A stretch of DNA of 64,000 nt from Schmidtea polychroa (Eukaryota). Below, one piece after another: positions 52,351 to 61,300 of this stretch (positions are counted from its first letter, which is position 1; each line of letters opens with the position of its first letter). A model generated the notes under the pieces. The model was given only the letters and a program-made list of their open reading frames with translations, was not told the DNA's origin and did not search any database. Both the position numbers and the translations under genes were made by a program. The stretch covers positions 35,898,001 to 35,962,000 of the forward strand of contig CM097886.1 of assembly GCA_044892525.1 (NCBI GenBank). The letters run 5' to 3'.

Positions 52351-55300
52351 CTATATACGTGAGCTTGGAGGGCGCTGAGCATTCCAGGCCTCCACCCACT
52401 GTTCCTGCTTGATATTACTTGGTCGTTTTACACGATGTTGAAAATTTCTTATTCTGGCCATTTCTAGTTCTCCGTGATGCCGTCTATCTTTGATTATTTT
52501 TATTGTCCCCCCCGTTATGATTAAAAAGGCCCCTGTTATTATTATGCCGCTGATCCACATCATCTGTTTTATGCTTATAATTTCCGCTTTTTCCTTGCTC
52601 GTTATTGTTGATATTGCTTCTGTGCTTTTTAGATTACCGTCTTTGCCATTTCCTTTCATCATTCCTCGTATTCTTGCTATTTCCTCGTTCATACCTTCCT
52701 TTGCCATTTTTTGTATTTTCTCCATCTCCTCCTCGGATACATAATTGTCTTGATGTTTCTCACTGTTTTTCTTGCGTTTTCCTTGCTCATCTTTTTCATC
52801 ATCGATTTTTCTTTTCTTCCCTCTTTTCCCAGGGTATCGTCGACATTCTCTCGCTGTATCTTTTCTCCAGATGCATATTGTGTATTCTTTTGGAGGTTGT
52901 TGCTGTATTACATATTGTAGACAGTCTTCACCCGGTCTTAATCTTGCGATGCAGACTTTGTGTTCTTTTCTTGGCTGGAGTTGCGTTATCACTACCTCAC
53001 CTCCTTTTCCCAGGTGTACCTCCTTCCCTTTGACTTTCGTTATTCTCTTCCCTTCTCGATTTCGGTATGCTTCTTGTATTCTTACTTCCGTTATTGGTTC
53101 TGCATCTTCATTTTTTAACACTAGTCTCTGATAAGCTCTAGACATACATCTTCCTAATATACACCTTTCTTTTAAATCCCATTCTTCTTTTAGATCCCAT
53201 TGCTGCTCTTGTACTTGTTTTTTCTTTTCTTGTTTTAATTCTTCCTCTTTGTTGTCCTTGTTTTCCGTTTCTTTGGCTTCTTTTATCGTTCTCATTCCTC
53301 CCTGGGCTGTTATCATTTCCACCATTGTTAGTACGAGTATCATTATCATCATATTTGTCTCCATTTCTTTGTTGGTAAAAAGTAGGCATACCCTCTGTTT
53401 TCCACTATTCGTCTTTTCTTCTTGCTTCCTTCGGTTTCTCGGGTTATTTTCCTCTTTTTTCCTGCTCGCGTCGTTATTTTCTTGATTATTCTCCTCTGAT
53501 TTCTCTTTCTCTTTATTCCCGTTTCGACCTTTTTCATTATTATCGTCGTCTTTATCGTCTTTATCGTCTTTATCTCCCCCTCTATCGTTTAAAATGTCGT
53601 CCTCGACATTTATCTCATTCAACAATCTGCGGTATGCCGTTAGCACTCTGTTTCTTGCTAATTTTGCTTCGGGTTCGAACTCCTTTCTGCCTGTTGCTAC
53701 ATGTCTCTTTCTATTCCATTCTTTCACTAATTCTCTTAATTGTATCCGACGATGTTTCCCGATTCGCTTTTGTTCGTGTAGATTCTGCGTGAATTTGAGA
53801 TCTTCCCTGTTTAATACGATCATTATGATTTTCGGAGTTCCTCCTTTCGTTAGTGTATTTTTAACCATAGCATTTTCTCCGTTTTCGTAGAACTCATTTA
53901 TATTTATTGCATATTTATTGCTTTGTGGTATTCTCCATGTTAGCAGCAACTTCATGGCTTCTAAGTTCATCCGTATCGTGTTCCATTGGAACTGTGACGT
54001 GTTTTTACAGATATTTTCTACCTCAGTTCTTGTAGCATTTTTACAAATGAATCTAATCATTTCCAAGTTTGGTTGTATTGTTGCCCAATCCATGGTAGAA
54101 TTTCCTTCGTTTGATCTTTCGTCAAGTCTCGAACCTGATTGATGTAGTATATGTAATGTTTTCGGGTGTATATTTGTTATGGCTGCATACATCATTGCTG
54201 TTTCTCCTTGTTCATTTTTTGCATTAGATTCTTCTCCGAAGTCTCTGAGGATTCTTATGATGGTTATTGCTCTGTTCTCTTTTGCTGCTAAAATGGCTTG
54301 TTGTAATGGTGTTCTTGAGTCTTTTGTTGGTAAGGTGAATGCTAGTGGTATAAATGTTTTTATTTTTCCTATGTCTAGATTTGTGGTCTGATCTCTTGCG
54401 TAGGTGTGTACTGTTTTGGTTATTTTTGCTAGTATCGCTTCATCGGATAGATCTTGCATTTCTTCAAAGAATACTTCTTTAGCCTTACGTACTACTATCT
54501 CTTGGTCGGAGTTTATTATCTTTGGTTTACTTGTTGTTGCTATATCGGTTATTGGTTGATCGACTTGTTCCTCAGACTCTCTTGCTTTTACTTTCTTCAT
54601 TTTTATCTTTTTCTTGTTCGAACTGTTAATGCGTTCCTCTGCCGTTAGAACTTGAATAATACTTAGGTAGTTTTCTCGAATGTTGTTCATAGTTTCCATC
54701 ATATGTAAAACACTCACGGTGTCCCAAAATTTTACTTGTACTTTATCGGTAAATTGAGATATAGCTTTTTCGAAGTTGGTAATTCGTTTTCTGATTAGTT
54801 GTTCGTCTTTGTGATTTGAGAATTTTATGCCACGTTGTAGTAGTTGATTTGGAATTTCGAATAGGTGATGTCCTCTCATCGCTTCTCTCATCAAGGTGTT
54901 TTCTCCTTTGGTAAATGTTTCGTTTATATCTACCATATAGTCGTTTTTTATCGGGTTCCTCCATGCAATTAGTATTCCAGTAATTGTTGTTAATTTCTCT
55001 TTGATTGCAGTTAATAGCCCGTCATACATGTTTCCCATCTCTCTATTATCCTCGTATGATATTAGATCTACTAAGATTATGAAGGCTTCCGTACTTTTCC
55101 CTTCGATTGCATGATGTAATGCATTTTTCTGGTTGTGATCTTGTGTGGTTATCTTTGACCCAGTTTCAAGTAATGCGATGATAATATCTTTAGCTTTATC
55201 CCGATTGGCTGCTATCATTAGTGGAGTGTAACCTTGGTTGTTTTCTTGATCTGTCGAAATGTTACAATCGCGAAATGCTTCAATTGTTTCTAATATCTGT

Positions 55301-58300
55301 TCGTTACTACCCACCTTTAAAAGCTTGTGCAGGGGTGTGTCTCCGTAATGGTCTGTGATCGTGAATAATATAGGCCATTGACTTTTAACTACCCTGAGCA
55401 ATGGGTGTGTTCTTTCTCGGTTTGCATAATTTTCGATCATTGTTAGCAGACCTCCCAATATCTCAAAATCTAATCTGTCTTCTGCCCATCTGGGCATTTT
55501 AACTTTTACTTCCTTTATGATTTTCTCGGCTTCTGATGGTTGTAACCCTAATCGATTACCTGTTGGTTCGTTTATTTGCTGTAACATGTTTATTCTATAC
55601 GTTTGTGATCTTGTCGTTAGTGTACGTCCTTCTGGCTGACTGGTGGCGGTTTTCGGAATTGGCTTACATCGTGCAACATTTACGTATATTGGTCTTGTAA
55701 AAGGGTTGTTTATTAATCGTACTCTTACATTAGTTTCTCCGACGAATAGAATCTCATACGGCCCTTTACCGTTTCGTTGTAATTTTTTGGTGGTTCCTGG
55801 AATTAATTCTGGTGTTTCAATCATCACCCAATCGCCTGTTTGAAACGTATGCTGTTTGACGTTTTTCTTTCTATCATGTAACTCTTTGTAACTTTCTTGA
55901 TAAAATTTTATATTCAATCCTGCGGTTTCCCAGATTTCCCGCATTCTTTCCTTGAACTTGGTTACATAATCGTCTATTTCCATGTATTGTGATATCGGTG
56001 GCTGATATTCTAAATCCATCGGCATATTGCATTCTCTGCCGTACATCAACTTGAACGGACTCATCTTTGTGGACGCGTGAATCGACATTCTGTAAGCCAT
56101 GAGACATAATTTTATATATTCATCCCAGTCTCGTTGATGACGATCGACATAATTTGATAACATTTGAATCAGTGTTCCATTGAATCTTTCTGTCATACCA
56201 TTAGTTTGTGGATGGTACGGTGATGTTCTTAATTTTGCGATCTTGAAGTAGTTGGTGACTTCGCTCATTATTTCGCTCATGAAATTCGTTCCTTGATCCG
56301 TCAGTATTTGTTTCGGCGTTCCATATCGACAACATATTTCCTCTACTAATATTTTTGCGATTGTTCTTGCTTTCTGATCTGCCATTGCGAATGCTTCGGG
56401 GAATTTTGTCAAATAATCTGTGATTACCAATATATATATATTTCCTCTATCTGATTCTGGTAGTGGACCGACTACGTCCATTGATATCATTGTCATTGGT
56501 TCTGCTGGTACTGGCATTGGCTTTAATGGTGCCTTCCATTTTGTTCCCGTGTTTTTTCTGGTTGCGCAAGTTATGCAATTTTTCACCCATTCCGTTACAT
56601 CCTCGGTCAATGTAGGCCAAAAATATTTTTGTTTCATTCGTGCCAACGTCTTTTTAGATGACATATGCCCTCCGAGTCTTCCGTCATGGTATTGTGTTAG
56701 TAGATCTTTACGTCTATTCTCGGGAATGCACATCAGTCTTTTCTCGCCATCCATTATCAATAACCAATCTTTCTCGATAATATATCGATGTCGATGTTTA
56801 TCCATATGCTCCTTCAATTTTTGATCTTTCTCATATACCTCTGCTTTCCCTGTTTTCACATATTCAATGATTTGCTTCAACTCTGTATCCCCTTGTTGGT
56901 CTTTCCGTAATTGGCAAAAATCTAAATCTTCTGCTACCATCAGACATATTCGTTGCATTTCGTGATCTACTAAATCTGGAAAGATAAATCTGGACATACA
57001 ATCCGCATTGGCATTCGCTCTTCCCGCTTTGAATTTTATGAACGGTGAATATTCTTGTAACTGCATTGCCCATCGCATCAATCTACTTGAAGCTTCTTTG
57101 TGTTGACCAAGCCATACTAATGGTTGATGATCCGTGGTGATACATATTTCGTGTCCCCATAACAAATATCGAAAATGTTTAATTGCTTGTATGATTGCTA
57201 ACGCTTCTCTCTCGGTTACGGAATAGTTTTTCTCGTGCTTTTTAAACGTTCTACTGTAGTATCCAATCACTCTTTCTTTTCCTTCTTCGTCGAGTTGTCC
57301 CAATATTGCTCCGGCTGCATATCCACTTGCATCTGTTGCTAATAAGAACGGTTTTTTGAAATCAGGATGTACTAGTATTGGGGCTTCGATTAATTTATCG
57401 CGCAATGTCTCAAACGCTTTTTGTTGTTCTGCACCCCAAATAAATGAAATATCCTTTTTCACTAATTCCTGTATTGGTTTCGCAATACCTGCATAGTTTT
57501 TGATGAATTTTCGATAATATCCGCATAATCCGAGAAATTCTTGAACTTGGGTGACAGTTTTTGGTGCTGGACATGTTTTTATTTTTTCTAGGTTTCTTGG
57601 ATCTGGTTCTTTGCCTTTTGCTGACACTATGTGTCCTAAGAACGTAACTTTTTCTTTTGCCCAATCACATTTGGAGGGTTTAAGTTTCAGTTTCCATTGT
57701 CGTAATCGAACGAACACATTTCTGATATCTTCCAAATGTTGTTCGAATGTTGCTGAATATATTAATAAATCATCAATATATACCATACACTGCTTGATCC
57801 CGTGTGTGACAAAATTCATACATCTCTGGAATGATGCTGGGGCATTGGTCAGTCCGAACGGCATTTTCCTGAATTGGTATAGATCTCGGCCCAATGTGAA
57901 TGCTGTTTTCTCTTTGTCTTCCTCCTTGACTTTGATCTGCCAATATCCACTTTTCAGATCTAGAGATGTAAAATATGCGGCCCCCTGTAACATAAGTAAC
58001 ATCTCATTGATGTCTGGTAACGGGTATGTGTCTCTTTTTGTTACTGCATTTAATTTCCGATAATCGATACAGAATCTCTGAGTACCGTCTTTTTTCTTCA
58101 CCATGACTACTGGAAATTGCCATGGCGAACAACTTGGTTCGATCACTTGTGCATCTAGCATTTTTTGTACTTCGGCTTCGGCTATCTCTTTTTGCTTCTC
58201 TGCTAGTTTGTATGGACGTAGTGCGATTGGAGTTTCGTCTATTAATGGTATTGCGTGTAATGTAACATCGCATGCTCCCAAATCTAAATCCGAAATTGCG

Positions 58301-61300
58301 AATATATCTTTATATTCTATCAATAATTGTTGAAGTCTCTCCTTTTCTTTTTCCGTTAGCAAGGTGCTATCAATTATCCATAATTCGTCCGCTTTCGTTG
58401 TTTCGTTGGTGATTTTTGGTAATTCGATGTCTATCATGGGTGTCAATCTACCCAATCTTTCATTTTCATATATGATCTTGTCTTCTTCCTCGAAATTTGT
58501 GATGTTAATTGGTATTTCCCCGTCTTCATTTATTGTTATTATTTCTCTTGCTAATGGTAATTCTCGTCGTTTTTCGAATGATTTGCTTGGCTCAAAAATG
58601 ACTTCTCCTTCCATTCCTGCATCCACTTTTATTTGACATATCATCTGTGATTTTGCGGGTACAATTATTTTCTCCGGACATCTAATTATTGCGTTCATCT
58701 TGCATATTCTACCCATTTTGTCTTTTAGACACATTGTTGTTAAATCGATTACTACCTCCTTAAACAATTCCGGCATTAAATCCGTTCCGATTATACATGG
58801 TTCACTCAGTTTGGGTATCACCGCTAGATACGTTTCAATTTCGTTATCCTGATATCGTAACGTAGTCCACCATCTTCCTACTACGTCGACGGTTTCTTTA
58901 CTGCATGCAATAATATGGATAGTTGTTTGTTCGATATCTTTCCAACATTTACTGGGTATTTGGTTTATTGCTATTGCTGATACGTTTGCTCCGGTATCTA
59001 TCATGGCGCTTGTCTCTTTCCCGTTGATTTGGATCATGACTGTTACTGCCGCACCTCCTGGTGAACTCATCACTGCTATCGTTCTTACGTCGTCCGCTTG
59101 GTCTACACTTTTCGTTCTTCGGGTCGGCATATAGTTCATCCCTGGTTGACTTGGTAACTGTGGATACATATTTTGTGTCATGGTCAAAGCTGTTTGTTGT
59201 CCAACGATATCTGGTGGTATGTAACTTCCGTTGGCTATCCAGGTATTTGTTTTTTCTTTCTCCCAATATGGTGCTGTTTCTATTGGCTTTTCATTCGGGT
59301 TTCTACTTGGATATGGGTATTTGTCATTCCCGTTGTCGTCATCATCACTATCGCTGCTGTTTGATCGATTCCTAAATCTGTCTAAGAATTTTGGTTTGTT
59401 CTTTTTCAGTTGCGTCCTTGTTGCTTCATCATACATTGTTTTCCGAAATCGTCTACCGACTTCCTCGTCAGTTCCTTTTATTTTTGTCAGTATTTTGATC
59501 AATCGTTTTATTCTGTGTATGTCTTTAGAATGACCGTGCAACACCATTGTTTTTGCCAAAAATGGTAGAAAGCCTACTATCAATTTCCAATTTACCTTCT
59601 TTTCTCTCTTATAGATATCAAAACACGCTAACATTTGAGTTAATATTACTCTGACGATCTGAATAATTAAGATGATTCCCAATATTCCTGCCATCATTTG
59701 ACCGAACACTAGAAATCTTCCCCACATTGCTTTCATCATGTTTGACGTGGCTTGTTGAAAATGATCAGGTGACAATAATAGTTCGTAATTGGGGCCTGAC
59801 TGGAAATTCGTTCCCCCAGTTATGGTAACCATATTCGATAGAATGGATTCCCGTCTTGCTGGGAATAATACGTTTAATCGTGCCGTTTCTAAATCCTCCG
59901 GTGAGTACATACCTGCTTTTGACACATCAATTGGTTTGAAATCTTGTTCTGTTGCGAGTTCTATTAGTCCAAACTTTTTAGGTTCTTGTACTTCGGTTTT
60001 TACCGGTAACATTATCCATTTCCCATCGGGTTTTTCATATAACGGTCCGTATGCATTTGAACAGTTAAAGGTGTTCGGGTAAAATCCAATTGGGTTCATT
60101 ATTCGAGTGACGGGTTGAACGAATCTGTTTCGCCCTTTGTAACTAATTTCTAACTCGTTTGCACATTTCCCTGGTGGAATTGTGGGCTTTCTTGGCAGTC
60201 GCGCAAATGTCTTGGTACATGCATATGTATACATTACCTCTCCCACCATTCTACCAAAATGTCCATCCGGTAACGGGAGTGATGGCATTGTGTTATCTGG
60301 GTGTGTTATTGCGATGGCTAATTTTGTTTTTAGTATCTCTTTATTCAATGAACAGTCATTTTGTATAAGATCGTAATACACTTTTTGCATTGTCGTTTGT
60401 CCTCGGTGAAATAAAAAGTCCATTTTGTTATTGGCGTACAAGTACAATTTTACGTCCTCTGTTGCTACCTTTCCCACTGCTCGGTCTATTACTTGCCTTG
60501 ACATGTAGATACCTGCGTAGTTCGTCCGGTATACTATGCTGTCACATTTGGTGGTCTCTTTTTCTCTAATGAATCTCATGCCGATATCTGGGTCATCTGT
60601 AATTAATGCCGTTGGTGTTTTTTGGGTTGTGAGTCTCTTTTCTTTGGGGGATGGCGGAACTGGTTTCCCATTTCGCATCCTTACGTTTCCATTCTCTTCA
60701 TCGTCATCCTCGTTTTCGTAAATTTCTCCTTTTACTTCATTGAATAGAGCACTTTTTAACAATTGGAGTCGGCATTTTTGGGTGTTAGCTTCATATATTA
60801 TAGTCGAAATTCCCGTTCTACACACGTTTTCCGTAGCTCTGCATGCTGGGTTGGTTTTCATTTGATAGTTGTTCGCGTCGAATTGTGCTTCGTATTCCTT
60901 CAACTCCACTGTGTAGGACTCAATTACTACTACTCCCGATATCACCTCTCCTCGGATCGTATATGTGCCTCCGTTACATGATCCATCAGTTGATTTTACT
61001 CGTCCAGCGACATAGATACTTTCTGTCTTGATCATTCCGCTTTGTCCGTGTATTGTTACTCCATCCCTGATTCTCATCGCTCCGGTTCTAAAAAGCTCTT
61101 TACAGTCTTCCCGTTGTATGGGTACTATTTCTTTATCTAATCCAGGTAATATGAGGGTTGAATATGAGTATTGTCCACAGTAATATGCCAACACTTTCTT
61201 CGATACTACGCATTCTCTAGCTTGCGTTCTAATGAAATCTGATTCTTGGTATACGTGATAGGAGACTTTCTTCTTTACTATATCTAATTTATTCGGAGAC